From NCBI GenBank assembly GCA_963770835.1, contig CAVYRH010000011.1, forward strand, positions 1 to 64,000: a stretch of 64,000 nt of DNA. The letters are read 5' to 3'. Position numbers and translations under genes: made by a program. How positions within the stretch are numbered: position 1 is the stretch's first letter; every line of letters begins with the position of its first letter. A model generated the notes under the pieces. That model was not told the origin of the DNA. It did no database searches and worked only from the letters and a program-made list of their open reading frames with translations. Below are positions 40,389 to 59,819 of the stretch, piece by piece. The DNA is from an uncultured Pseudomonadota bacterium (GTDB taxonomy: Bacteria > Oederibacteriota > Muellerivitia > Muellerivitales > Muellerivitaceae).

Positions 40389-41849
40389 ATGCCCCAAATT
40401 TCGAAATTTGAAAATCTCAGGCTCTCGCAAAGATGGGCCCTCGTGCTTGGCGCCACCCTTCTGGCGTCGGTGGTTTGTTACATGGCCGCCCAAAGGGGGG
40501 AGCTTTCGCTTTCCTTTCTTCTCCTTTTTTACATTCCCCTCACCCTGTCCGCCGTGCTTTTGGGTTTGAACGTTACCGCCGGCCTGGCGGTTGTCATCGT
40601 CCTGATATCTCTTTTGAACTTACTTTCATCTTCCGTCCCGGCATGGGCTTGGACGACTTTTTTCCTGGGGTTGGCCGCCAATTACACTGGCTTATACCGT
40701 TGGATTAGGGTGGGGGAATTACAGGAATTCCAGTTCCGCAAAGCCGGGGATGAATTGGACTTGGCCATGAATGACGCACGCATCGCCGATGAAAAAGTCA
40801 GGATGGCCCATCAATCCAACCAACTCAAGATTCAGCGGTACATCGCCCTCAACGAGCTGGCCCGCAGCCTGGCCATGACCCTCAAAACCCAAGAGGTGGT
40901 TGTCTTACTCATCGAGACCATTTCCAAGACCTTCATGGCTTCGGGCGGGGTATACACCCTTTTATTGTTCGACAACAGCATGAGAAAGTCCCTGCACGCG
41001 GTCCGTTATAGCGTCGACACGGAAATGGAGGTGCGGCTCAACCGGGAAAGGCTCAACTTGGATGAAATATTCAACGCCTGGGTCGTGTCCCAGGCCAAAC
41101 CCCTTTTCATCGGCGATACCACCAACGATTTTCGTTTCCAAAATTATTCCCCGGAAAACAAGATTCGCAGCCTAGTGTCGGCACCCTTCATGGCGGGTAA
41201 TGAAATGCTGGGGTTGATCCGTATGGAAAGCTGTTTCCCTTCCGCCTTTCGCCAAGAGGATGCCCGCCTCTTGTCCATTTTCTGCGACCTGGGCACGGTA
41301 GCCTTGGAACACGCGGCCCTCTACCGCCAAACCATCGAATTGGCCATTACGGACGGATTGACGGGGCTTTATGTCCAGCGGTACTACAAGGAACGGGTGC
41401 GGGACGAGGTATTCCGGGCGCTGGAACACAAACTGCCCTTGTGTCTCATGATGATTGACGTGGACAAATTCAAGACCTACAACGACAGATACGGTCACCT
41501 GATGGGAGACAGGGTCCTTAAAGGAGTGGCCCAGATCCTCAAGGAGACCGTCAGGACCGTAGATTTGGTGGCCCGCTACGGAGGGGAGGAATTTTCCGTT
41601 CTTCTTTTAAAAACGCCCTGGTCCGGCGCCAAGACGGTGGCCGAGCGCATCCGACAAAAGGTGGCAGCCCAGGAAATCGTTGCTTCCCATGAAACCACCC
41701 ATGTGACGGTTTCCATCGGGGTGGCGGAACTAAACCCCTCTTTCAAGGACGTCGAGTCTTTCGTGGATTCTGCGGACCAAGCCCTTTACCAAGCCAAGGC
41801 CGACGGCAGAAATTGCGTCCGTTTTGCCAAGGGCCGGATTGTCTCATGA
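40389..41849 (+). CDS. Membrane GAF-GGDEF diguanylate cyclase
   Basis: N-terminal TM segments, GAF, TDGLTG, RTVD I-site, GGEEF. Confidence 0.9.
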   Translation: MPQISKFENLRLSQRWALVLGATLLASVVCYMAAQRGELSLSFLLLFYIPLTLSAVLLGLNVTAGLAVVIVLISLLNLLSSSVPAWAWTTFFLGLAANYTGLYRWIRVGELQEFQFRKAGDELDLAMNDARIADEKVRMAHQSNQLKIQRYIALNELARSLAMTLKTQEVVVLLIETISKTFMASGGVYTLLLFDNSMRKSLHAVRYSVDTEMEVRLNRERLNLDEIFNAWVVSQAKPLFIGDTTNDFRFQNYSPENKIRSLVSAPFMAGNEMLGLIRMESCFPSAFRQEDARLLSIFCDLGTVALEHAALYRQTIELAITDGLTGLYVQRYYKERVRDEVFRALEHKLPLCLMMIDVDKFKTYNDRYGHLMGDRVLKGVAQILKETVRTVDLVARYGGEEFSVLLLKTPWSGAKTVAERIRQKVAAQEIVASHETTHVTVSIGVAELNPSFKDVESFVDSADQALYQAKADGRNCVRFAKGRIVS

Positions 41850-43240
41850 GTAAACCTGTGCAAAGGATTTTGGGAGCCTTTTTGGCCTTGGCCCTGCTGG
41901 CGCTCGCTCTTTTGCCGGATCCAGGTGTTTTTTTCATATGGCTTCCAATTTTTTTTACCGCTTATCTCGGTTTTTCCCTTCCTTCGGCGGGAGCATGGTT
42001 TCTCCTGGTCTATTTCACGGGTCTCGCGGTGGGCCGGTTTGCCTTCGGCCATTATGCCCAAAGCTGGGTCGCCCCTGAGATGTTGACCCTCGCCGCCCTT
42101 TATTGGGCCCCCTCTTTCATTCGGAAAAGACAAGCCAGGATAAGGGGAAAATACATATCGCAATACGAGGCAAAAAAGGGGGAATACGAATCCTTCCGGG
42201 AAGTCGCGGACCGGTTAAAAAAAGAAAACACCCAGAATGAAAAACAACTCCGGCACATTGAGCACTTGTACGACGTGATCAAAGAGGCGGGAAGCACCAT
42301 GAACGTCCAGGAAATGATCGAATTGACGAAGGAATTCACCGAACGGATGTTCGACTTGCCCCATTTCATTATCGCGGTGCTCTCCAACGACGCCAAAAAA
42401 TACGAAGTCCGGATCACCTCCGGATGTGACGAATTGCTTTTTCGGTCCTTTGACCTGGATTTGGAGTCTGGCGGGTTAGCGGCCATCTTAAGTCGGGAAA
42501 AAAAGCCCTTGTGGGTTTCTCCGGTGGACGCCAACGGCACTTTCTCAAAATTAAGGAACCTCGCCATCCGCTCCTTCATTTTCCTCCCCTTTTTGGTCCA
42601 AGACAGGGTCATTGGATTCTTGTGTTCCTATTCCAGCCAGGAAGACTTTATCGACCAGGAAAAGTTTTCCAATTTTCAGGTGTTTTGCAACCAAATATCT
42701 ATCGGGCTCCAGAAAGCCCTGCTTTACGAGAAAGTCCAAAAGCTTTCCATCACCGACGGACTGACCAAACTTTATTCCCACCGTTATTTCAAACAGCGCC
42801 TCGAGGAAGAACTCATCCTAGCCAACCGCTATTCGTCCCAATTGAGCCTGCTCATCCTGGACATCGATCACTTCAAACACTATAACGACAATTACGGCCA
42901 TGTGGCAGGTGACCACGTTTTGATGGAGGTGGCCAGAATCTTAAAGGAACAATCCGATATGACCCATCTCGTGGCCCGCTATGGAGGAGAGGAAATGGTG
43001 GTGGTCGCCCCGGAAACAACGAAAGAGCAGGCCATGGAACTGGCGGAAAAAATCCGAAAGACCATTGAGTCATTCTCCTTTGCGGTTGGGAAAGAAACCA
43101 CGAAGGTAACGGTCTCAATCGGGTTGGCTACCTTCCCCCAGGATTCCCAAACCAATTTGGATCTCATCGGCAAGGCAGATAAGGCTCTTTACGCAGCCAA
43201 GGCGAGAGGTCGAAATCGAATCGTGGCTTATCCCCTTTAA
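41846..43240 (+). CDS. Membrane GAF-GGDEF diguanylate cyclase (GGEEM variant)
   Basis: TM segments, GAF, TDGLT, DIDHFK.YND.YGH, GGEEM. Confidence 0.88.
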   Translation: MSKPVQRILGAFLALALLALALLPDPGVFFIWLPIFFTAYLGFSLPSAGAWFLLVYFTGLAVGRFAFGHYAQSWVAPEMLTLAALYWAPSFIRKRQARIRGKYISQYEAKKGEYESFREVADRLKKENTQNEKQLRHIEHLYDVIKEAGSTMNVQEMIELTKEFTERMFDLPHFIIAVLSNDAKKYEVRITSGCDELLFRSFDLDLESGGLAAILSREKKPLWVSPVDANGTFSKLRNLAIRSFIFLPFLVQDRVIGFLCSYSSQEDFIDQEKFSNFQVFCNQISIGLQKALLYEKVQKLSITDGLTKLYSHRYFKQRLEEELILANRYSSQLSLLILDIDHFKHYNDNYGHVAGDHVLMEVARILKEQSDMTHLVARYGGEEMVVVAPETTKEQAMELAEKIRKTIESFSFAVGKETTKVTVSIGLATFPQDSQTNLDLIGKADKALYAAKARGRNRIVAYPL

Positions 43241-43331
43241 CGTCGGTTAAGCAACAGTTCTCCCTTGACGAGTTGGAATTTAAGGGGTTGTGGAAAACAG
43301 ATTACGAGCAGCCAAGAATTGATTTTTAGGG

Positions 43332-43359
43332 TTGACAGTCCCCACCGACATGGTAGGAT
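43332..43359 (+). promoter_or_regulatory. Putative rho promoter
   Basis: TTGACA-16 nt-TAGGAT with TGn extension. Confidence 0.55.
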
Positions 43360-43610
43360 TAATCCATCCACGAAAGACGCCTGACACGATCCCCAATAGC
43401 TCCCGACGAACTACCCCTAAGTTTCATGAAAAGTCGAAAGACACTGGTTTTAAAACCCCAAGGTTTTTTGGGTTTTGAAGTTGAGTAGGCCGGTTCAATC
43501 TCTGGAATAAATTCAACTAACATGGTTTTTCAATCAAAATTTTAATTTTCCTACCACACTTTCGGGCTCTTCTGTGCCCGGAAGATTTTCGCGAAAGGAT
43601 TTAAGGGCTT

Positions 43611-44870
43611 ATGGATATAGGGGATCTGAAAAAGAAGACCATCGCCGAATTGACCGAGGTGGCCCGGGAACTCAACCTGGAAGGCGTCGGTACAATGAAG
43701 AAACAAGACTTGATCTTCAAAATCCTGGAAACCCAGACCCAGCGCAACGGCGTCATCAACGCCGAAGGGGTCCTGGAAATTCTACCGGACGGTTTTGGTT
43801 TCTTGAGGTCCGCCAATTATAACTACCTGCCCGGTCCCGATGACATTTACGTCTCCCCCTCCCAGATACGCCGGTTCAATCTGCGCACTGGCGATACGGT
43901 GACGGGACAGGTCCGCCCTCCTAAGGAAGGCGAGAGGTATTTCGCCCTTTTGAAGGTGGACTCCATCAATTTCGAGCCTCCGGACGCCATCAAGCAAAAG
44001 GTGCTCTTCGACAACCTGACGCCCATCTATCCCAATAAACGCATTTGGCTGGAAACTTCGCCCGACGATTTGTCTATGCGGGTCATGGACTTGCTGATCC
44101 CCCTGGGCAAAGGCCAGCGGGGGCTGGTGGTGGCCCCGCCCCGCACTGGGAAAACCATCTTACTCCAGAAGATCGCCAACAGTATTGCCAAGAATCACCC
44201 CGAGATTTACTTGATTGTTTTGCTAATCGACGAAAGACCTGAAGAAGTGACGGATATGCAGCGGTCGGTGAAGGGGGAGGTTGTCTCTTCCACCTTCGAT
44301 GAGCCGCCCGAGCGTCACGTGACGGTGGCCGAGATCATCATTGAGAAAGCTAAACGGCTGGTGGAGCATAAGAAGGATGTGGTGATTCTGCTCGATTCCA
44401 TCACCCGCCTAGGGCGTGCCTATAACACCATCGTTCCCTCCTCGGGCAAGGTGCTTTCCGGAGGCGTGGATTCCAATGCCCTGCAGCGGCCCAAGCGGTT
44501 TTTCGGCGCGGCCCGCGACATCGAGGAAGGGGGAAGCCTTACCATTATTGCCACTGCCCTCATCGACACCGGAAGCCGCATGGATGAGGTGATTTTCGAG
44601 GAGTTCAAGGGAACGGGCAACCAGGAAATCGTGCTGGACCGCAAGTTGGCTGAACGCCGCATATTCCCAGCTTTTGACATCACCCGATCAGGCACCCGTC
44701 GTGAGGAATTGCTGCTCACGGAAGAAGAGCTGAATAAGGTTTGGATTTTAAGAAAAATTCTGAATCCCAACAACTCCGTGGATGCCATGGAATTTTTATT
44801 GGACAAAATGCGCCGCACCAAATCCAACAAGGCCTTCTTGGACTCCATGAAAGGGACTGTGAACGAGTAA
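43611..44870 (+). CDS. rho: Transcription termination factor Rho
   Basis: [35 protein letters not shown]. Confidence 0.97.
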   Translation: MDIGDLKKKTIAELTEVARELNLEGVGTMKKQDLIFKILETQTQRNGVINAEGVLEILPDGFGFLRSANYNYLPGPDDIYVSPSQIRRFNLRTGDTVTGQVRPPKEGERYFALLKVDSINFEPPDAIKQKVLFDNLTPIYPNKRIWLETSPDDLSMRVMDLLIPLGKGQRGLVVAPPRTGKTILLQKIANSIAKNHPEIYLIVLLIDERPEEVTDMQRSVKGEVVSSTFDEPPERHVTVAEIIIEKAKRLVEHKKDVVILLDSITRLGRAYNTIVPSSGKVLSGGVDSNALQRPKRFFGAARDIEEGGSLTIIATALIDTGSRMDEVIFEEFKGTGNQEIVLDRKLAERRIFPAFDITRSGTRREELLLTEEELNKVWILRKILNPNNSVDAMEFLLDKMRRTKSNKAFLDSMKGTVNE

Positions 44871-44941
44871 AAGCAGCTGTTAGCCGGCGGTAAAGACCTT
44901 GAAGATATAAAGCTGGCAGCTGACTTTGAGGGGTTGAGCCG

Positions 44942-45871
44942 ATGAATTATTTTGTACGAAAGGTTTACCTCTCTATCGCGGCCGTTTTGACGGTTCTTTG
45001 GTTTGGCATGCTCGCCTTGACCGTCCACGCCATGAAGCCAGAGATGTTTTCCTTCCCTTCGGCCCCCTTTCCGAAGGCTGCCGAAAACCTGCCAGGCTTG
45101 TCACCTTCCCTTGAAGTGTCGGGGATTCATTTTTCCACTTACCACGTTGCTTCCAACGATACTTTTTCAAGCCTTTCGCAAAAATTCCATCTTTCGGAAG
45201 AAACCCTCCGGAGCCTGAACCAAGCCAACGACAACACTCAACCCCAAACCAACTCTATTCTCCTCATCCCCTCCAAGAACGGGATTTTTCATATGGCCCG
45301 GCCCGGACAAAGCTTGGCGGACATTGCCCGCGCCTACGGCCTGTCCTTAAAAGATGTCCTGAAATCAAACCCTCAAAGGGGGGACGCAGACCTGAAACCG
45401 GGGGACGTTTTATACCTGCCCGGAGCCATTTATCTCCAAAAACAGGACGTGCGTTGGATGGCATTGGCTTCCCTCGCCGACCAAAATGGCTTTTTAAAGC
45501 CCACCACCGGGCGGTTCGCAGATGGGTTCGGGATGCGCCTGCATCCCATCACCCATAAAATGACTTTTCACGAGGGGCTTGATTTGGCGCCCGGATGGGG
45601 AGCCCGGGTGGTGGCTTCTCAAAATGGAAGGGTTCTTTTCGCGGGGATTAGGGCCGGTTATGGGCTTTTAGTTATCTTGGACCATGGCGAAGGCCTGACC
45701 TCTTGGTATGCCCATTTGGACGAGATTTTGGTGAAACCCAGCCAAACAGTTAAGCGCGGGGAATTGATCGGAAAGGTAGGAAATACTGGCCGAGTCACGG
45801 GTCCCCACCTTCATTTTGAGGTGCGTTTGAACGGAAAACCGCGGAATCCCCTGCTGTACTTAGTCCAATAG
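44942..45871 (+). CDS. LysM + M23 family peptidase
   Basis: Two LysM repeats, HEGLD, YAHL, TGPHLHFEV. Confidence 0.9.
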   Translation: MNYFVRKVYLSIAAVLTVLWFGMLALTVHAMKPEMFSFPSAPFPKAAENLPGLSPSLEVSGIHFSTYHVASNDTFSSLSQKFHLSEETLRSLNQANDNTQPQTNSILLIPSKNGIFHMARPGQSLADIARAYGLSLKDVLKSNPQRGDADLKPGDVLYLPGAIYLQKQDVRWMALASLADQNGFLKPTTGRFADGFGMRLHPITHKMTFHEGLDLAPGWGARVVASQNGRVLFAGIRAGYGLLVILDHGEGLTSWYAHLDEILVKPSQTVKRGELIGKVGNTGRVTGPHLHFEVRLNGKPRNPLLYLVQ

Positions 45872-46005
45872 TGGCCTAAAAATTATGGAATCTAGGCTCG
45901 CCGAGGGTCTTTACTTCTAAGGTTGATTTTTTTATGTTTTTGAATAAACTAACGACCCCTCAAAAAATGAGCAGGGAACGAGTCATAAAGAAACGGAGTT
46001 GTGGC

Positions 46006-46317
46006 ATGAGAACAGGAATTCACCCTAAATATTATAAAACCAAGATCGTTTGCGCCTGCGGCAACGTGATCGAAACGGCTTCCACCAAAGGCGAAACCTT
46101 TTCGGTTGAAATTTGCTCGGCTTGCCACCCATTCTTTACCGGAAAAATCAAGCTGGTGGACATGGCCGGCCGCGTGGAGAAGTTCCAAAAGAAAAGCGCC
46201 AGCGCCGCCAATGTACAGGCCGAAACAAAGGCCCGCTTGGAAGCCAAGGCGGTCGCCGCCGCGGCCAAAAAGGCCAAACGCCAGGCAGCCCCCCCTCCCG
46301 CCGAAAAGAATTCTTAG
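46006..46317 (+). CDS. rpmE: 50S ribosomal protein L31 (Zn-binding type, Ala/Lys tail)
   Basis: [20 protein letters not shown]. Confidence 0.95.
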   Translation: MRTGIHPKYYKTKIVCACGNVIETASTKGETFSVEICSACHPFFTGKIKLVDMAGRVEKFQKKSASAANVQAETKARLEAKAVAAAAKKAKRQAAPPPAEKNS

Positions 46318-46337
46318 ACCCCTTTCCGTCTTGCCCC

Positions 46338-46371
46338 AAAACCTCCGGAATTTAAAGCCGGAGGTTTTTTT
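46338..46371 (+). terminator. Intrinsic terminator
   Basis: AAAACCTCCGG...CCGGAGGTTTTTTT. Confidence 0.8.
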
Positions 46372-46427
46372 ATTGAGGCCGATTCCCTTTTACGGTTCAA
46401 ACCTATCAATGATTCAAAGGCTTTCCG

Positions 46428-47498
46428 ATGATAGAGCCCAAACTCCAAAAAACCGAAAAACGCTACCAGGAACTATCCGACCGGTTGATTCACCCAGATA
46501 CTTTTTCCAATTCCGCAGAATTGCAAAAAATCTCCAAAGAACACGCCGATCTGGAGCCTTTGATCCAGAAGATCCAAGAATACCGGAAGTTCCATCGGGA
46601 AAGGGAGGAGACTCGCTCCTTACTGGAAGGTTCCGACCGGGAAATGAGGTTCCTGGCCCAGTCGGAACTTCCAGACTTGGAAAAAAAAATTGGAGAAATC
46701 GAGAAAGACCTGAAGAGGATGCTTCTTCCCAAGGATCCCTATGGGGCAAGAAACGCCATCGTGGAAATACGAGCCGGAACGGGAGGGGATGAGGCGGCCC
46801 TTTTTGTGGCAGACCTTTTCCGCATGTATTCCAGGTATATTGAAAAGATAGGCATGAAAATGGAACTCATCGATTCCAGTCCAACTGAAATCGGCGGTTT
46901 CAAGGAAATCATTTTTATGGTGACGGGTAGGGATACTTACGGGAAGTTCCGTTTCGAAAGCGGTATTCATCGGGTACAGCGGGTTCCTCGTACCGATGCC
47001 TCGGGCCGCATCCACACTTCAGCGGCAACCGTGGCGGTTTTACCTGAGACGGATGAGGTGGAAATCCAAGTCAAGGATTCAGATTTGCGCATCGATACCT
47101 TTTGCTCTTCAGGGGCCGGGGGCCAAAGCGTTAATACTACTTATTCGGCTGTACGTATCACCCACATTCCCACTGGGCTGGTCGTCCAATGTCAAGATGA
47201 GCGGTCCCAGCTGAAAAACAAAGGAAAAGCTATGAAGGTTCTTTACGCCCGCCTTAAAGAAAAGGCGGACGAGGAAGCGCAGGCCTCCCTCTCCGCGACG
47301 CGCAAAAATCAGGTCGGAAGCGGTGACCGCAGTGAGAAAATAAGGACTTACAATTTTCCTCAAAATAGGGTGACGGACCATCGCATCGGCCTGACACTCT
47401 ACCGGCTGGACAAGGTGATGGAAGGGGACTTAGATGAAATCCTGGAGGCCTTGGCATTGGCCTATCAGGAGGAACAGTTAAAGGGGCAAGAAGCCTAA
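46428..47498 (+). CDS. prfA: Peptide chain release factor 1
   Basis: PxT motif (PRT), GAGGQ, RTYNFPQ. Confidence 0.97.
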   Translation: MIEPKLQKTEKRYQELSDRLIHPDTFSNSAELQKISKEHADLEPLIQKIQEYRKFHREREETRSLLEGSDREMRFLAQSELPDLEKKIGEIEKDLKRMLLPKDPYGARNAIVEIRAGTGGDEAALFVADLFRMYSRYIEKIGMKMELIDSSPTEIGGFKEIIFMVTGRDTYGKFRFESGIHRVQRVPRTDASGRIHTSAATVAVLPETDEVEIQVKDSDLRIDTFCSSGAGGQSVNTTYSAVRITHIPTGLVVQCQDERSQLKNKGKAMKVLYARLKEKADEEAQASLSATRKNQVGSGDRSEKIRTYNFPQNRVTDHRIGLTLYRLDKVMEGDLDEILEALALAYQEEQLKGQEA

Positions 47499-47564
47499 AC
47501 GCCGAAACCGGTTAATGGACCTTACCGCAGGCTTCCAGCGAAAACCAGATAGGGGAGTACTTGA

Positions 47565-48446
47565 ATGCCTGAGGAAAAAGGGGCCAAGGAGGTTTGGACG
47601 CCCCTGAAGATCATTCAATGGGCAGTTCCTTATTTAACCCAAAAAGGTATTACCAGTGCACGGTTGGACGTGGAGCTCATCATCGCCCATGCCCTTCGTT
47701 TGGACCGCCTCAAGGTTTACCTTCAATTCGACCGTCCGTTGGATGCCGGGGAATTATCAGCCATTCGGGAATTATTGAAACGCCGGGCCCAGCGGGAACC
47801 CCTTCAATATATCTTGGGCCAAAGGGAGTTTTTTGGGCTTAATTTTGTGGTTTCCGTTGGGGTGCTTATTCCCCGGCCTGAAACGGAGTTATTAGTAGAG
47901 GGAGTTCTCGAACATTTAAAATCTATACCGGAGGAAAAAAGACTGTTTTTAGATCTCGGTACGGGTAGTGGGTGCATTGCCATTGCGGTGGCTAAAAATA
48001 TTCCTTGCCATGTTTGGGCGGTTGATCAATCGGAAAAAGCCTTAGAAATATCAAAATTGAACGCTCAAAACTTGGGTGTTACAACAATAGAGTGGCGTCA
48101 GGGCAGTTGGTTTGGAGCTTTAAAGTCGGAGGATCCCCTCCAATTTGCCGCGATTGCCAGCAATCCCCCCTACCTTTCCAACTGGGAGAAGTCCGAATTA
48201 TCGCCGGAAGTAAGGGATTATGAACCGCCCGAGGCGTTGTTCGCGGAGAAAGATGGGTTGGAAGCCTATGAGCAGATTGCAATGGGGCTTAAAGACAGGC
48301 TTATGCCTGGAGGGGCCGCTTTCTTTGAAATCCATGCAAATGGTTATGACAAGGTTTCCAGGGTATTGTTCCCACTAGGCTACAAGAAAACTGTGGACAA
48401 GGACTTGCCAGGATATCCCCGCATGATTAAGCTTAAAAATGAATAA
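47565..48446 (+). CDS. prmC: Release factor glutamine methyltransferase
   Basis: PLQYILG, LIPRPETE, DLGTGSG, SNPPY. Confidence 0.95.
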   Translation: MPEEKGAKEVWTPLKIIQWAVPYLTQKGITSARLDVELIIAHALRLDRLKVYLQFDRPLDAGELSAIRELLKRRAQREPLQYILGQREFFGLNFVVSVGVLIPRPETELLVEGVLEHLKSIPEEKRLFLDLGTGSGCIAIAVAKNIPCHVWAVDQSEKALEISKLNAQNLGVTTIEWRQGSWFGALKSEDPLQFAAIASNPPYLSNWEKSELSPEVRDYEPPEALFAEKDGLEAYEQIAMGLKDRLMPGGAAFFEIHANGYDKVSRVLFPLGYKKTVDKDLPGYPRMIKLKNE

Positions 48447-48451
48447 CTTTA

Positions 48452-48481
48452 TTGACTCTTTTTGGCAGGAGTCTGTATAAT
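48452..48481 (+). promoter_or_regulatory. Putative rpoBC promoter
   Basis: TTGACT-18 nt-TATAAT. Confidence 0.55.
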
Positions 48482-48599
48482 CACCCCTCTTTGCCCAAAA
48501 CGAGAAAAAACCCTTTCTCGTTTTTTGTTTTCTAAGGGAAGAAATTCCCGTCAAGCAAGGCGCCTTGGCTCATTCCTGTTGTCTTCTGGAGGACATTCT

Positions 48600-52289
<3,690 letters not shown>

Positions 52290-52301
52290 GGAGGGGAAAA
52301 A

Positions 52302-56579
<4,278 letters not shown>

Positions 56580-56732
56580 GCTGTCTTTTTGTCATAGCGG
56601 TTGAGAAAATCCTCCTTTTGGGCGGTGCCGAAGGTTGGCACTTACCAAATGGGTGAGCTAGAGGAGGGATTTGCTTGAAGATTCCCCCTTGGGCCTTTTG
56701 AGGGCCCAGGGTTTCGTATGGAATATTCATTT

Positions 56733-56772
56733 GGCAAAGGCGGAGCTCACTGTCTTTGCCTTTTTTATTTTT
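56733..56772 (+). terminator. Terminator-like hairpin just upstream of rpsL
   Basis: GGCAAAGGCGG...CTGTCTTTGCC followed by TTTTTTATTTTT. Confidence 0.6.
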
Positions 56773-56791
56773 AGGATGCGTGGAGGAAACT

Positions 56792-57183
56792 TTGCCGACG
56801 CTGAATCAATTGGTCCGCATGGGCCGTGAAAAAAGCAAGCATAAAACAAAATCTCCGGCTTTGAAGGCTTGTCCTCAAAAGCGCGGGGTGTGCGTGAAAG
56901 TGGCGACCATGACACCTAAAAAGCCAAACTCGGCTCTTCGGAAGATTGCCCGCGTGCGTTTGACCAATGGAATGGAAGTCACTTGTTATATCCCGGGCGT
57001 GGGCCACAACTTACAGGAGCACTCGATTGTTTTGATCCGCGGAGGCCGCGTGAAGGACTTCCGGGTGTTCGTTATCACATTATCCGCGGCGCCTTGGACG
57101 CCGCCGGTGTTGCCGATCGTAAACAAGGACGGTCCAAATATGGAATGAAGCGGCCTAAAAAAGAAGCCGTTGCGAAAGCTTAA
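56792..57183 (+). CDS. rpsL: 30S ribosomal protein S12 (apparent frameshift near 57060)
   Basis: [30 protein letters not shown] start. Confidence 0.95.
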
Positions 57184-57193
57184 GGAGTAGGAA

Positions 57194-57664
57194 ATGCCCC
57201 GTCGAAAAGTAGCCGCGAAAAGGGAAATCCTTTCGGATTCCCGTTACAACAACAAATTGGTGACGAAATTCATCAATTGCATGATGTATGACGGCCAAAA
57301 AATGGTGGCTTCCCGAAGTTTTTATGATGCCTTGGATGTGTTGGGCGAAAAGCACGGCGAAGGCGCTTTGAATGTGTTTAAGACTGCCATTGATAACGTC
57401 AAACCAGTTTTGGAAGTAAAGTCGCGCCGAGTTGGCGGAGCTACTTATCAGGTTCCGGTTGAAATTCGTCCGGAACGCCGGGTTTCCCTGGCCATCCGTT
57501 GGATTTTAACAGCGGCCCGGGCGCGTAAAGAAAAAACCGTTGCCGAGAAATTGGCAGCCGAATTGACCGATGCATTCAAAAACCAAGGCACGGCCATTAA
57601 GAAAAAAGAAGATACCCATAAGATGGCGGAAGCCAATCAGGCTTTTGCCCACTATCGCTGGTAA
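57194..57664 (+). CDS. rpsG: 30S ribosomal protein S7
   Basis: [18 protein letters not shown]. Confidence 0.97.
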   Translation: MPRRKVAAKREILSDSRYNNKLVTKFINCMMYDGQKMVASRSFYDALDVLGEKHGEGALNVFKTAIDNVKPVLEVKSRRVGGATYQVPVEIRPERRVSLAIRWILTAARARKEKTVAEKLAAELTDAFKNQGTAIKKKEDTHKMAEANQAFAHYRW

Positions 57665-57679
57665 TTTGAGGAAATTAAA

Positions 57680-59776
57680 TTGGCGACGACAACGACACCG
57701 GCAAATACCTTTGGCTAAAACCCGAAACATCGGGATTATGGCCCATATTGACGCGGGCAAAACCACTTTGACGGAACGCATTCTTTTTTACACGGGACGT
57801 ACCCATAAAATTGGCGAAGTCCACGACGGCGCCGCAACCATGGACTGGATGCCGCAGGAACAAGAACGCGGAATTACCATCACTTCAGCCGCCACTACCT
57901 GCTTTTGGAAAAATAACCGAATTAATATTATTGATACTCCTGGTCACGTGGACTTTACCATCGAAGTGGAGCGCTCTCTCCGCGTTCTCGATGGAGCCAT
58001 TGGCGTTTTTGGCGCCGTGGAAGGGCGTGGAGCCCCAGTCGGAAACGGTTTGGCGCCAGGCTACCCGTTACGGGGTTCCCCGTATTGCCTTCGTGAATAA
58101 AATGGATCGAGTGGGCGCGGATTATTTCGCGGCCATCGAACAGATGCGAAGCCGTTTAAACGCCAACGCTCATGCAGTTACCCTGCCGGTGGGGTTTGAA
58201 GAAAAATTTGACGGCATCATCCACTTGGTGGAAATGAAACGATACCGTTGGCTGGATGACATCTTGGGCGCCAAGTTTGAAATTGAGGAAATACCTGCCG
58301 ACATGAAGGAAATGGCCGAAAAATATCACAAAGAATTGGTCGAAGCGGTCGCTGAATTCGATGACGACGTCATGCAAAAGTATCTCGACGGCAAGGAAAT
58401 TACCGCCGAAGAACTGCAACTCTGTATCCGCAAAGGAACAATTTCCAACAAATTTAACCCGGTTTTTTGCGGCTCGGCCTTTAAGAACAAGGGTGTTCAA
58501 CCCCTTTTGGATGCGGTCGTCAATTATCTCCCTTCGCCCTTGGATATCCCTCCGGTCAAAGGTCACAACGCCGAGACCGAATGCGGAAGAAACTCGCGAA
58601 GCCAGTGATGAGTGCGCCCTTTTCCGCCTTTGCCTTCAAAATCATGACTGATCCTCACGTTGGAAAATTGGTTTATTTCCGCGTTTATTCTGGAACCCTT
58701 TCCGTTGGTTCGTATGTTTATAACTCCACTAAGGGAAACCGTGAGCGTATTGGACGTCTCTTGCAGATGCATGCCAACAAACGGGAAGAAATCAAAGAGG
58801 TCCATGCCGGGGATATCGCCGCTACCGTTGGCATCAAAACCATCACCACTGGGGACACTTTGTGTCTTGAGGAGAAACCCATTATTCTCGAGAAGATGGT
58901 GTTTCCTGACCCGGTCATTTCGGTGGCCATCGAACCTAAAACCAAAGCTGATCAAGAAAAAATGGGTTTGGCCTTGAGTAAGTTGGCTGAAGAGGATCCT
59001 TCTTTCCGGGTCAAGAGCGATGAGGAGACGGGCCAAACCATTATTTCGGGCATGGGCGAGCTCCACTTGGAGATTATCGTGGACCGCATGATGCGGGAAT
59101 TCAACGTTCAAGCTAACGTGGGAAAGCCCCAGGTTGCTTATCGCGAAACAATTCGAAAAGGCGTTGAGGCGGAGGGAAAATATATTCGACAAACGGGTGG
59201 GCGCGGCAATATGGCCATGTTTACATCACAATGGAACCACTCAGGGCCTGGGAAAGGCATCGAGTTTGTTGATGCCATCAAGGGCGGCACGGTTCCTCGG
59301 GAATATATTCCCGCCGTTCGAAAAGGGAATCATGGAAGCCAAGGACACGTGGCGTGCTTGCTGGTTATCCGGTGGTCGATTTCAAGGTCACTCTCTTCGA
59401 CGGTTCTTATCACGATGTTGACTCAAACGAAATGGCATTTAAGATTGCCGCTTCCATGGCGTTCAAGGATGCAATGAAGAATGCCGAACCGGTTATTTTG
59501 GAGCCGGTCATGGATGTGGAAGTTGTCACTCCTGATGACTTCATGGGCCCGGTCATGGGGGACCTTCAATCCAAACGTGGAAAGATCGAGGGAATGGAAT
59601 TGCGCGGATCGGCCCAAATCATCCGTTCAAAAGTTCCCCTGTCCGAAATGTTTGGTTATTCGACGAATTTGCGGTCAATGACCCAAGGACGGGCAACCTA
59701 TACCATGCAGTTCGCTCATTACGAGGAAACTCCTCGGTCCGTTCAGCAGGAAATCATCGCAAAAGTAAAAGGCTGA
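57680..59776 (+). CDS. fusA: Elongation factor G (multiple apparent frameshifts)
   Basis: [29 protein letters not shown] and LRSMTQGR across frames. Confidence 0.95.
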
Positions 59777-59819
59777 AAAAATTCAACACCCGTGAAGGGG
59801 TGAAAGGGGAGGCGTGTCT

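Noticed and set aside
57819..57829. GTCCACGACGG in fusA matching the intron 1 target
   Set aside because: It encodes the conserved EVHDG peptide and has no second palindrome arm, so it is a chance match.
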